Origin: Adineta vaga
Taxonomy: Eukaryota; Animalia; Rotifera
Direction: 5' to 3'
Assembly (NCBI GenBank): GCA_021613535.1
Contig: CP075497.1
Location: forward strand, 4,216,001 to 4,280,000
Length of the DNA: 64,000 nucleotides
A program made the position numbers and the translations under genes. The notes below the pieces were generated by a model, which was not told the DNA's origin, did no database searches, and worked only from the letters and a program-made list of their open reading frames with translations. Below are positions 39,801 through 52,060 of the stretch, piece by piece; the stretch's first letter is position 1, and every line of letters begins with the position of its first letter.

Positions 39801-39904
39801 TAATCACCGGTGGAACCTATGATATAAATTAATATTTTCATCGAAATCATTTCTTTCAAATCAATCTCTACCGGTTTTTTCTCTACAACACCTTTCGTTG
39901 GCAT
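36846..39904 (-). CDS. DNAI1: Axonemal outer-arm dynein intermediate chain 1, multi-exon
   Basis: MPTKG..., [117 protein letters not shown]. Confidence 0.92.
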
Positions 39905-39993
39905 ATTTGTTCTTTCTTCAGTAAGTAACTATAAATGACAACACTTTTCTTTCACTATACTTTCTATGCCATTAACATCACTATAGCTCTAGG

Positions 39994-40007
39994 CAGTACA
40001 TAGCAAC
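39994..40007. promoter_or_regulatory. Candidate RFX X-box upstream of DNAI1
   Basis: CAGTACATAGCAAC about 90 bp upstream of the ATG of a motile-cilia gene; one strong half-site (ATAGCAAC) and one degenerate half. Confidence 0.35.
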
Positions 40008-40135
40008 AGATCACTTACATATTCTATATAGATGTCAGTTATAACTTCTATAAAATGATCGCTTGAATTTTATTGACATAAGAAAAATATTTATCTAACA
40101 GAAATGAAAAGAAAAAACGAAGTCAATGAGATTAT

Positions 40136-42252
40136 TTAATGTTTAAAATATTTTCTTGCAATATCATCTGTTGTATAATAGTTGTGATTTTCAAATATAT
40201 TTTCGTACATTTGAATTTTTTTCGTTGTACCATCGATTTCACAAACAATCCAAAAATTTGCATCAGGTTGATTTAAAACTGGTATTTGAATAATCTGATA
40301 TGGAGATGTTGAATTTCCTACTACACCATTATTAAATGTCACTGTTGCACCTGATTTCGTTAATAAACCTTCTCGAGAATATCGATGAACAACATAAAGA
40401 TATTTTAAACCGGGTTGTAAAGTAATTTTAATTGTTTCAGGTCCATTTCCATTTGTAACATCACAATCAAGTGAAACATTTCCTTGACATTTTGCTCGAA
40501 AATAAATATGTCGACCATCAGATACAAATACATGTGAATCAAGATCACGTGGTAATAAACCCCATTTTAGAACAATCTCTAATTGATCACTTTCTAACTG
40601 TCGACAAATGAATTGAGTATTTACTTCCGCTCCACGATTTTCGTAAACAATCATTCGAAATACGGATGGTTTATATTTTGAACTTCCGCTATTAATTTCA
40701 ACATCATAGCAATTTTTCGGTAATGTCGATGGAATTTCCACGGTACCTGTCGCATCTGTTTTACCAGTAAAGACAATCTGATCACGTAGTTTGATTTGGA
40801 CAGTTGCACCGACCAGAATATTATTAACAGAATCGCGAAGAACAAATTTTTTTGGCATACAAATTTCATGTTCTGGAACAATATTTACTAATGTTTCGAC
40901 AAGAACATTATCCGAATTTTGATCATAAATCGTTACCGAATATTTTCCATAATTTTCGAAATTATATTTATCATTAAGAATTGGTTTAATAGCAATACCA
41001 TCGAGATTTGGATGAACAACGGCTGGAAATAAAACACCACGGGAACCTTTTGGACCATCAGTTGCTGTGGCAACAGGAGTAATTCGAGAAAAATCACTAT
41101 TATTTTCGGGTAATGGTAAAATTGATGGTGCTACGGAATCGATCGCTGGTATTGCAGAAGTCGATGAACCGGGTGATGCTACAGGAATTCGTAGTAAATT
41201 GGAGGGTAGATCTAATAATTGATTTTGAACTGTTGAAGATAATTGATCAAACGAATTTATTGGTGGAGATGTTTTATTTTTTATTATTTGTGTAAGAAAA
41301 TCTTCGACTTGTTTTGACTAAAAATATTGATTTGTTTTTTTTTTCAATAAATAAAAAATAATGATGAGGAGAAAATGAAAGAATTTACTTGAGATTTAAT
41401 TGTTGTAACAAGTGATTTAATTTGTTCCGTTTGTTGTTGAATAGTTTGTAAAAGTTGAAGTGATCCTTCAGAATTTTCATTCGTTTCTTTATGATCAATA
41501 CTGGATTTTGGGGAAGCCTTATTAGGATTACTAATTATAACAAAACAAAACAAGACAAAAGAAAACAAAAATTCATATTAAACCAAAAATATACTTTCGT
41601 AATGTACGTAACGCTTTTCGGAATTTTAATTGTGAACCAATCGGTGCAATCAATTGTTTTATCATAGTATCATTCAGACCCTCTGTTTCATCGACGAGAA
41701 CTGAACCATCAATTTCATTTTCTTTGAAAACAAAGCATTCAATCTCGGTTTTTCATTTCTCGTCAACAAAAAAGAAAAAAAATTTACTTCGAAATTCTTC
41801 AATACATTCTTCTAATGAAATTTCTTTCAACCATCGTATAACATCATCAATACTCCAACGTTCAGGATGACTTAAATCTAACGGACGAGTATAATTCTTA
41901 TAGGATGGAACTAATTTTGAATTTATCGGATTCATTGATGCTGGACCGTCAACTAAATGTCTAAAAACAACGTTCTCAATTCATAAATCTCTTCTTCTTG
42001 TACTTACCGTACGCAATACAAGGATTGATCATCGGTATAACGCATTGTAGCATTCTCTGTCGTTAATTGTGTTGTACATATTTTACAGCGAAAACAATCT
42101 TTATGCCAAATCTAAATGAAAAGATGAAGACAATCGTAAAATCATTTTTCAAATGAAATTTCACTAACTTTACGAAAAAAAAATATACTGTCAGATGTGC
42201 CTACAGATGAAGAACATGCCGGACAAAATAATCGTGTTGATGAAGTGAGCAT
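40136..42252 (-). CDS. Chimeric protein: LIM zinc finger + SAM + Pro-rich linker + beta-sandwich + YfaP/DUF2135-like domain
   Basis: LIM: CPAC...WHKDCFRCKIC...LYCVRH. SAM: PERWSIDDVIRWLKEISLEECIEEFRKNEIDGSVL...IAPIGSQLKFRKAL. Last exon 40136-41317 is intronless and in frame, with LEIVLKWG..PRDLDSHV...SLDCDVTNGNGPETI...YLYVVHRYS. Confidence 0.8.
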
Positions 42253-43877
42253 TTGATGTAAGAAGTCTCGTGAGATGATTATTATTTTAAGACTATGTTA
42301 TTTTGTTAAAATTAACAACAAGGACAAAAAAACAGCATTAAAAGAAAATCACAAGTTTGATTTGCGTATATAATCAAGAACTATGAAAGAAAAATAATAA
42401 TAGAAATAAAATTTCTCTATATTTGTTTAAAACCAAATACAGTAGTGCATCTTTATATTGACTGACGAATCATTAAAAGCGAGAGAGAAAAAAAACGTCT
42501 TTGCAATGTGCAAAAAGTTTTTATTTATTGGTAATTAAAAAACGGATAAGTAATTAACGGATATGTGAATATTTATCATTCATTATGTGAGGAATATAAC
42601 AATTGAAAGATAGAAAAACATAAAGTTCTTTGCTATTCTTTTTGAATATCAATCTTGTTTCATTGATCATTGATTATTTAAAATACACAAATGTTCTAGG
42701 TTATAATTACATCTATTTTTCGAGCTTTTGAATAGTTTGTTTTCTCTATTTAAACCTTAGTAAACGCTGTATGTATGATATTATATCAAATATTATCGAT
42801 TGAAAAGTGTACAGGTCGAGTATATCAACCAACAAATAAAAATCAGTTAAATGTATGTTAGTTCTATTCTTTGTGAATGAAATATATTTTTTCATACAAT
42901 GTTGAAGTTCGTGTGAAAAACGAAAATAGAAAGCCTGCTTTACGAATTATTGATGATTCGAACGGTTTGTTCTGCCTAGATGAAACTATTCAACCGTGTC
43001 TTTTACACACATGTCTATATATTCAGCTGCTTTCCAATATGATTAGCTTAGTTTTCAAACAAAATAAAAATGTACACACCAATGAACAAGAAACATAATG
43101 ATTGATCAATTAAGCAATGCAGTAATAAAATCAAGTTTATATTTTGTTTTCTAAATATATATCAATATATTCTTATTGAAAAAGCTTTTTATTAGGTTGA
43201 ATTATACGAATAAATAAGCATAATTTATCCAGAAAAATCTCCATATAAAAGGTATATATTTTATACTAATACTCTATTAAGATGCTACCAGTCCTATAGA
43301 ATTACTAGAACTACCAATTTATTTTTCCTTTTTTCTCGTCGATGGTAACTCTCGTTGACATTCACATCTTTCTCGTTCGTTCGTTCGTTCTTTCTTTCTT
43401 TTATTATGTTTATTTTTTCTTCGTTCTACCATATTTCAGCATGCACATGTGAGCCAATCATAGCAGTTTTTCTTTGTATTAGTTGTCTTTTGAATATTGA
43501 ACGTGTCAGAACTTGACGTTTCTTATCTTTTAATATTGTTTATCGAGAAAAATGTCAGAAAACAACTGATCTTAGGTTTTTTCTCGAAGTAATATTGTTT
43601 TAAAGCAATTTAAATGTAAATAGATTCTGTTTTTCCTTCACGGATGATTGATTTAGAAAATCGAGAAAATATTCACTGCATGTAAGGTTAACTTCGATGA
43701 TAGATGAGTTATTTTTAAAGATTTTATTGTTCATAAAGTTTTTCTTTACTATGCACATTCAATAATCAAACAAAAATGTCATCGTGTTCTTTACTTTCTA
43801 TTTTTTTTTCTGTTACTAGACAACATTCCCAGAAATATTATATATTTATAGGCAAACATGATCTATTAATATCGATA

Positions 43878-46800
43878 ATGACAACTAATCGTTCTCGTTT
43901 CGTTCCACCTAACTATCAAACTAACCCCGACGATGATAAAAACTTGACAAATGACATGGAAAATGGTGAAGATAACCCAAATTTTTTACACAATGAAACA
44001 AATCTGACTGAAATCGAGTTAGAACCAATTCAATCAATTGAAACTGATCTTACTAATTTGAATGTTACTTTTAGTACATCCAGTCCCATTGCTGATAATA
44101 CTTATCGAAAGGATTCTTCTATTTCAACTCAACCACTCGCCGCTGATCACGATGAACAAATAACAGATGATGAAGACGTAGCTGCAACTGTTTCACATCA
44201 AGATGATCCTACTACATTAGTTTTAACTTTCCGTTCCTGGTTTCTTGGTCTTTTATTTACTATTCTTCTTTCTTTTGTGAATCAATTTTTTTGGTATCGA
44301 ACTTCTCCACTATTCGTTGGTACACTTGTTGCTCAATTGTTAACATATCCCTTAGGAAAAGCAATGGCTAAATTCTTACCAAAACGAACTTTTCAAATCC
44401 ATCGATGGAAATTTTCATTTAATCCAGGACCATTTACTATTAAAGAACATTGCATTATTACGGCTATGGCTAATGCTACATGTGTAAGTTTGTGTTTTGG
44501 TTTTCTTGGAAAAGTAATAAATCATCGTATATTACTTTGAAATAGAGTACAGCTACTGCAATTGATGTTCTAACAATTGAACGATTATTTTATAAAAGAA
44601 CGATTCATCCAATACTTGGTATTATTTTTGTAATTACATCTCAAACTTTAGGTTATGGAATCGCTGGTATTATGCGAAAATTTCTTGTCTGGCCAGCTGA
44701 AATGATTTGGCCAGCTACTCTTGTTCATTGTGCACTTTTTCGAACATTACATGAAAATAAGGATCATGATAATAAGGAAGAAACAGATAAAGGATTACGT
44801 TGGAAAATGTCTCGTCTAAGATTTTTCTATCTTGCAACTTTGTTTCAATTTCTATGGTATTGGTTTCCCGGTTATATTTTTCCTGTTCTATCACTTTTCT
44901 CCTGGATATGTATGTTAAAACCAGATAATATTATTGTTTCACAATTAACAGGAATTAATGGACTTGGTATTGGATCTCTCGAATTAGATTGGAATGCATG
45001 GGTTTCATTTTTGGGTTCACCCATCGTCGTTCCTTTTTGGTATGTTAAAGAATGGTATCAAAATTTTGCTCTTTACTTTCATATACAACTAGGGCTCAAC
45101 TTAATATTCTAGCTGGTTTTGTTGTATTAGCATGGATTATAACACCTATTGCTTATTATACCAATCTATGGGGTTCAAAAAGCATGCCAATTGTTAGTAA
45201 TCGTGTTTTTACATCAGAAGGCTATTATTATAATGTATCATCTGTACTTGATTCAAACCTTCATCTAAACGAAACTGCTTATAAAATATATGGTAGATCG
45301 TATATGGAAAATATTCTCTAATATTTACATTCAAAAATCGTTTCTAGGTGATCTTCGAATGCCAGTTCTGTTTGCCTTTTCATATGCTGTATCATTTGCT
45401 GCAATTACTTCTGTTATCGTTCATACGATTCTAAATCATGGTAGGTCGATGTGATAGAATGAATCTGAATATCAATTTGTATTTAAAGGTAAAACAATTG
45501 TAAAACAATTTCGATCATCGTTGAAAGATCATTCCGATGATATTCATGCGAAATTAATGTCTCGTTATGATGAAGCACCTGAATGGTGGTATGTATATGA
45601 ATAGTTTATAAATAATAAAAACATTCATCTCTTTTTTAAATATCAGGTATACTGTTCTATTTGTTATTGCATTTATTCTCGCTGTTTTTGTTTGTCATTT
45701 TGGACGATTAATGCCTTGGTATCATATGTTTAGTAAGTTAAAGATAGTATGGAATCATAAGTTAGTAATTCTGAAACATATTAAATCTAGTAAATAATCG
45801 TAGACTAAAATAGTAGAACGCGTTGATAAATTAGAAGAATTTGTTATAAGAAATGTTAAAAGAATAAATCTTTTTATCTGTACCTATTTAGCTGCTGTTG
45901 CAATTGCATTTATGTTCGTGTTACCGACTGGAATCGTTCAAGCAGTTACGAATCAATCAATTGGTACGAAATCATTTTTTTCCTTTCAAAATTTCTAGTT
46001 TTTCGTTAACTATATATCTATTTAGGACTAAATGTTATCACAGAATTTGTTGCTGGTTTCGTCATGCCCGGTAATCCTATGGCTAATGTGACATTCAAAA
46101 CGTATGGATATATAACACAATATCAAGCTCTATTACTCATTTCTGATTTGAAACTAGGACATTATATGAAAGTATATGAAATAATTCGCTCATGAGTCAT
46201 CACAAAGTTATTTATGTTAATTTTTAGATTCCACCACGTGCAATGTTTATTACACAATTAACAGGTACAATGGTAGCGGGAGTTGTCAATTATCTAGCAG
46301 CTACATATCTGATGAATACGATTCCAAATATTTGTACATTAAAAAATGCTCGTTGGACATGTCCTAATGCTAATGTATTTTATAGTGCATCGATCATTTG
46401 GGGAGCGATTGGTATGTAAATATTCTTATCTTACAAATTTTGTATTTAAAAACAAAATTGTTCATCTTAGGTCCAGCGAAAATGTTTGGCAAAGGATCTT
46501 TATATTCACCATTACTTTGGGGTTTTCTTATTGGTGCAGTTCTTCCAATTCCACCCTGGTTTCTTGTGAAAAAATATCCAAATATCAAATGGCTTAAATA
46601 TATACATTTTCCTATTATGTTATCAGCGACAGCAGTTATGCCACCAGCTCCACCTGGTAATTTTCCATCTTGGCTTATGGTCGGTTTTATTTTTAATTTT
46701 GTTCTCCTTCGATCTGCACGATCATGGTGGAAACGATATGCATATGTATTTTCCGCAGCAATGGATTGTGGAGTCGCTTTCAGTGTAGTTTTCATCTTTT

Positions 46801-46934
46801 TTGCATTCCATAACAATGGTATAGAGTTTCCGAAATGGTGGGGAACCGGTGGACCAACACAGGATGGATGTCCTCTATCCTATGCTAATTATTCGGGTAT
46901 TATTCCAACAGATCGTCCCATACTTATCAAGTAG
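43878..46934 (+). CDS. OPT-family oligopeptide transporter (fungal/plant OPT1/ISP4 type), at least 9 introns
   Basis: [120 protein letters not shown]. Confidence 0.93.
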
Positions 46935-47065
46935 AAAAGAAGTTGTTAAATTATATTTTTGTCAATTTTTTTCAAACTTATTAATCAATATTAAAAGTCT
47001 GTATGAAATTCGTTATTTGTTACTTTTTTATTTCTAACAAAAATGAAAAAGAAATAACAATAATT

Positions 47066-47326
47066 CTAATCCATCGGAAGAAGATCATTCGATGCTAAAT
47101 CTCGAATAAAATATATAGCAACAGCAAAACAACCAATACTCTTGATGAAATCCCTGAAAAAGAAAATTGTGTAAAAGAACTTTTCTTTCAATGTCGATTG
47201 ACATTACCATTTTACTGGATCGTAATAGAATGTTTTCACATAATCCAATTTTGTTGCTGGTCGACTTGGACCTGTGCGACGAGCTGCCATACCTGACGAT
47301 GCACCGGAATCAGATGAAAGAAACAT
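47066..47326 (-). CDS. TOMM6: Small tail-anchored protein, TOM6-like mitochondrial import receptor subunit (2 exons)
   Basis: MFLSSDSG...KTFYYDPVKW/DFIKSIGCFAVAIYFIRDLASNDLLPMD*; intron 47154-47207; resembles the TOM6 segment LGLFAAGVWLARNLSDIDL. Confidence 0.6.
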
Positions 47327-47465
47327 TGAATCTAAAACGAAAAGCAAGCGAAAGTTTTGGAAGAGATTTTCACTTGCAAAATAACAAAAAACAGTAAAGA
47401 ACAAATTACTGTCAATTTCTTTCTTTCGAAACAACAATACAACAACAAAAAAATGACATCGAAAT

Positions 47466-49026
47466 TTAATCAATTTCAGGTTTGTTTGATGGTTGCTGTC
47501 TCTGCCGATGACGATGATTGAATACTCGATGTTTATCTTTACGTTGAATCGCTTTACGATGTTTTGTTCGAAGTGCCTAAAATCCATAGGTAATTTCGAA
47601 AATTGAAGAAAATAATTCATGAAATTTACTTCAGCGATTTCTTTTCGTTTATTTGGCCATGTTCGTTCGAGTTCATTCAAATCTTCAGTACGTATAAAAC
47701 TTTCTAATCCATCTAAATACAATTCATTTCGATCATTATTTTACATCAATACTAATATCTACCTTTTAAACGACTATCAATATCAAAGAAGAAAAATGTA
47801 TCATTGACAATTTCCTCCTTGATTTCACTACTATAATAAATAAGGCAAAAAAAATGATTATTATTATACAAATATACTTTTTACTTTTCTGTCAATGATG
47901 CTGTTTCATGATTATCCTCTTCGCCTGATGTATCACCAGATTGATTTAGAAATAATTTCGATTTACCATTTGATATTGGTTTCGCTAATAAAATCGGTTC
48001 TAAAAGGAAAGAAAGCGTCAATGAATTAGAGCATTGAATGATTTATTAAACAAACTTGGTGTAGATAAAGTCACTGGTTCTTTATTCTGGAAAAATTGAA
48101 ATTGAAATTGATTATTTTCATTTGTATTCGTTGTTGGATTCAATGTCTTATTGAAAACAGATTTTAATTTTGTTTCATCAAAATTATATGTTCGTGTTGA
48201 ATCACTAAAATTCAAACAGAAAATCTACAAAAACCATCAAAAGATCAAATTCACTTACACAAGCGGTGTTGTTCCGATGATTAGTTTTGTTTTCGATTTT
48301 GATAGTTTCTCTTCCGATAAATTCAAAGTTTTTTCATCACTTTTGGTTTGAGAATCAAGTTCATAGATTCTATGTTCAGTTTTACTTGGATCAAAACGAA
48401 TCATTTTACTTTTTGGTTGTTTCACTGTCGTTTTTGCATTAGCTATTTGATCAAGAATTGCCAGAGATTTCTTTTTTTCTTCTTCAAATGAAATCTCTTT
48501 ATCGGGATCGGCTACTGCCTCCTCTTTCTCCACCTCTTCCTCCTCATCATCATTGATTGTTTTATCGTTATCATCAAGAAATTTTTCAGAAAACTGAAAC
48601 CGTGGATCATTTGTTGTTGTTAAACGTGCTTGAAGATCTTGTAATTTTTTTCTTTTCTTCGGAATCTTCTTTTTACTAAAATGTTCTTCAACATTTGGTA
48701 CATCATTATCATCAAATAATTGAATTTTTTTCTCCATAAATTTCTTTGGTTGTCTATTATTTCCATCATTATCATCATCGTCTGAATCGAATTTGAAATG
48801 TGTCGTTCTATTCTGTTGCTGAGTAAGGGATTCTTTTATCAAACGTTTTTTCTTCAACTTTTCTTGTCCATATTCTTCAAGTGATTTCAAACGTTGTTCA
48901 TTCGATTTCACCGAACGTAATGACTAAAAATTTTAAAAAAAACCCGATAAATCAATCGTTTCTTCTTCATCAACTCATACCTTCCACTCAACTACATACT
49001 TCGTTATTAGATTGAAGATTGGTCAT
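47466..49026 (-). CDS. NOL8: Nucleolar protein 8-like (C-terminal conserved part only, no RRM seen)
   Basis: SNEQRLKSLEE, HFKFDSDDD, LQDLQARL..DPRFQFSEKFL, EEKKKSLAIL, IRFDPSKTEH, TFFFFDIDSRLK, W..KR...LRTKHRKA appear in the order of NOL8 C-terminal blocks. Confidence 0.65.
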
Positions 49027-49284
49027 ATCTTGTTCAACGCACAGACAATAACGAATCTAGAATATAAAGAAAGTATCTCAATTGGATATATTTACAAACC
49101 AAAAATGATGAATGAATTCTATCATTCAATAGAAGATAACAAACTGCAAAAGAAAAATACAAGATACACAAATAACAAAGCTCGAAATCGTTTCTTGTCC
49201 TTTTCATTTTTAATGACCATTTGAAATAAAAAAAAAACACAAGTCACAGAATCTTTTCGAATGTAAATATCAATGACAAAACAG

Positions 49285-51071
49285 TTAATTTGATATAGGA
49301 GATGCTTCGGAGGGTGACGATGGTGATACTGGTTTAACTTCACCTGGTGATAAGTTCGATCGTGGTGATGACGATGATATTTGATTCGATAAATTCAATG
49401 CTGATGTTGGATTCACGTTATTCTCGGATTTTGAATTTGCAGTTTTATTATTCGTCGATAGATCCATTGAAATTGGTTTGTCATCAGATGATGTATCCAT
49501 ATTTAATCGAGAATCATTAGCATCATTGTTAACAGTTAGCGGTTTTTCACCTGAATTATCTTCATCATGAAGTTCATCATCATGTGTGTCCTCATTTGAT
49601 AAACTTTTACCAAGAATTTCATCGATTTTAAAAAGTTTTTGAAGTTTTTTTTCTAAATGTAATTGAATTAAATCAGCTTGTTCTTGAGAACAAAATCCAT
49701 CATCCACACATCTAAACAATTTATTCATTTAATTCGATTCATTTCATTTTCTTTATTTACCTGGAAATTGTAATGAGATTAGGACTGTGTTTAAGCGATT
49801 CTAAAACTTTTGTGAGAGCTTCAATCAAATAAAGTATCATTCCTTCTGAAGAGACATGCAATGGTGGTCTTGTATCTGCTAGATGCATTGCATAACTATG
49901 AACTGCTTTCCAATCAAGTTTCTTCGAACGAATTACAGAAACTAATGCCGAGAGGTAAATATTTCTACGAGAAAACATTGCTTCGTTGAAAAAAGAAAAG
50001 AAAAAAACATTCTTACTCAATAGTTATTGGTTGATCGGGTTTTGGATCAGTTAAATATTCATTCATTATTGTCCGTATTTGATCCAGAGCATTTTCTCTT
50101 GCTGTGATATATTGTAGAATTTCTGCATCTGTTTGTTCTTGTACAATTCGTGTATAAACATAACGAAGAATTTCATATTCATTTTCATCGAATTGTTTTC
50201 GTATGGGATCATCGGTGGAAAAAAATGATAGATCAATATCGATAATAAATTGTTTATTTTCTAATAATTCATTGGTTAATACGGCATCAAGTGAATGAAC
50301 TCGTTTTGTTGATGATTGAGAATCTTTATGATTGGTTTCATCATTTGTTAATTTCGCTTTTTTTCGATTATCACTATCTAAACTTTCGCTTCCACTATCA
50401 TTGTCATAGATTGGTGCATGACTTTTTTCACTTATTGTCAAATAATTTTTTGCTAAACCACTTGTTGATACATAAACATCAACTGATTGAATATTGGAAA
50501 GTTTTTCAACGGATGAATACACACAATTGGAAGTGAAATATGGAAGTGTTGAAGCAACTCTATAGAGCAAAAAACAAATTCAAAATTGAAAACAATCATT
50601 TAGATTTGAAAAACGTACTTTAAAACACCAGTTTCTTGACATTTTCCTACTTTTAATTGATAAAATCCATCTTGAAATTGATGAGCCCATGGTGGTTTAA
50701 ACCAAAAAATCGTTTTTAAATAACCTCGATAAACAGCTGGAAGTATCCAAGATTGATTTTTAATCGAACTAAAATCGATCAAAAGTTTTTGTGAAAGCAG
50801 AAAATTCATCGTTTTACTTCATAATATGATCGAGTGTATCGATTTCATCTGCTTGAACATCTTTCGGTACAAGTAAATCAGCATATGTATCAAATCGAAT
50901 TAATGCAAATTCATCTGATTTGATATTGTCTCCAAAATCATGATTTATTATTGGAAGAACCTGGAAAAAAAGAAAGTCATATTAGATCATTTAATATAAA
51001 AAAGAAATCATTCTCACTTCATGATTATTTTCAAGAATTTTAATCTTCAATTTATCTTTTGTATACACCAT
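49285..51071 (-). CDS. C5orf22: UPF0489 / C5orf22-like protein
   Basis: ILENNHEVLP, FDTYADLLVP, SWILPAVYRGY...WFKPPWAHQFQDG, FIIDIDLSFFSTDDP, PPLHVSS, PNLITISR/CVDDGFC. Confidence 0.8.
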
Positions 51072-51223
51072 TACATGGTCTTTTTGGCGAATCTAATCTG
51101 AAATATTTGCTATTTATTGTTTCGATTCAAATACATGAAGAATATATACATATATATATATATATATATTTATAATTACAAAAAAAAGTAAATAAACAAT
51201 TTAATTTAAAAGTTTTTGGTCAC

Positions 51224-51625
51224 TTAAAATCCATCACTTTCATTAATGAGAGCACGTTCGAGAATAACTCGACCTTCTTTATAACGTTGTGATTCTTCGG
51301 TTGCAAATTCATACATCCAACCAAGTTTTGTGTCACATTTTTTACAACTTATATCACGAACAAAATGACGACCAGTTAACATCATCTAGACAGACAAAAA
51401 AAACAAGGTCTTGATTGATTCCAAAAATCAAGATCAATTCGGATTTACTCGTTCTTGAACAGGACTTTGTTTTGTATTAACAACACGACTGAATAGAAAT
51501 GCTCGACCTGTTGCACCTGTAAATCGTGTGGAAACTAATTCATTACGATTGGTTAAGGGAGTTTCACAATGTGCACATGAAAATATACGTTGACCACCTA
51601 AATGTTCCAGGAAAATGCGTCCCAT
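51224..51625 (-). CDS. YPEL5: Yippee-like 5 (2 exons)
   Basis: [20 protein letters not shown]...[14 protein letters not shown]...[50 protein letters not shown]. Confidence 0.95.
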
Positions 51626-52060
51626 ACTTTAAATGATTTCTTTTGATCAATTTTTTATACGAATACGTGCTTTGGTTTGTAGAATATTGGAATTTGAATA
51701 TCCAGCGGTAAAAGTAAGAGGAAAAAAAAAGAAATAAACAATCAATCGATAACGATTTTGAGAATTAACTAATCATATATTAGTTCTAGTAAGATGTCGC
51801 TAGATGATTAAGAAAGTATTATTTTACCCTGGATTGAAAACATTCTGACCCAGACCCACCCCCAAGATTGGACTTTATTCTTCATGTAAATATTTTGTCC
51901 TATGCTTTTGTACTCTTATAGTCAAAGTTATTGTAGAAAATCACAAAGTACAAATTATTAATCTATATTAGTACAGCTGGTTTATTTTCTCACATTTATC
52001 CAGTTCGAAACTATATAAAATTTTGTTTTCCAATGATCTATTGCTTCACTTTCTTCAAAT

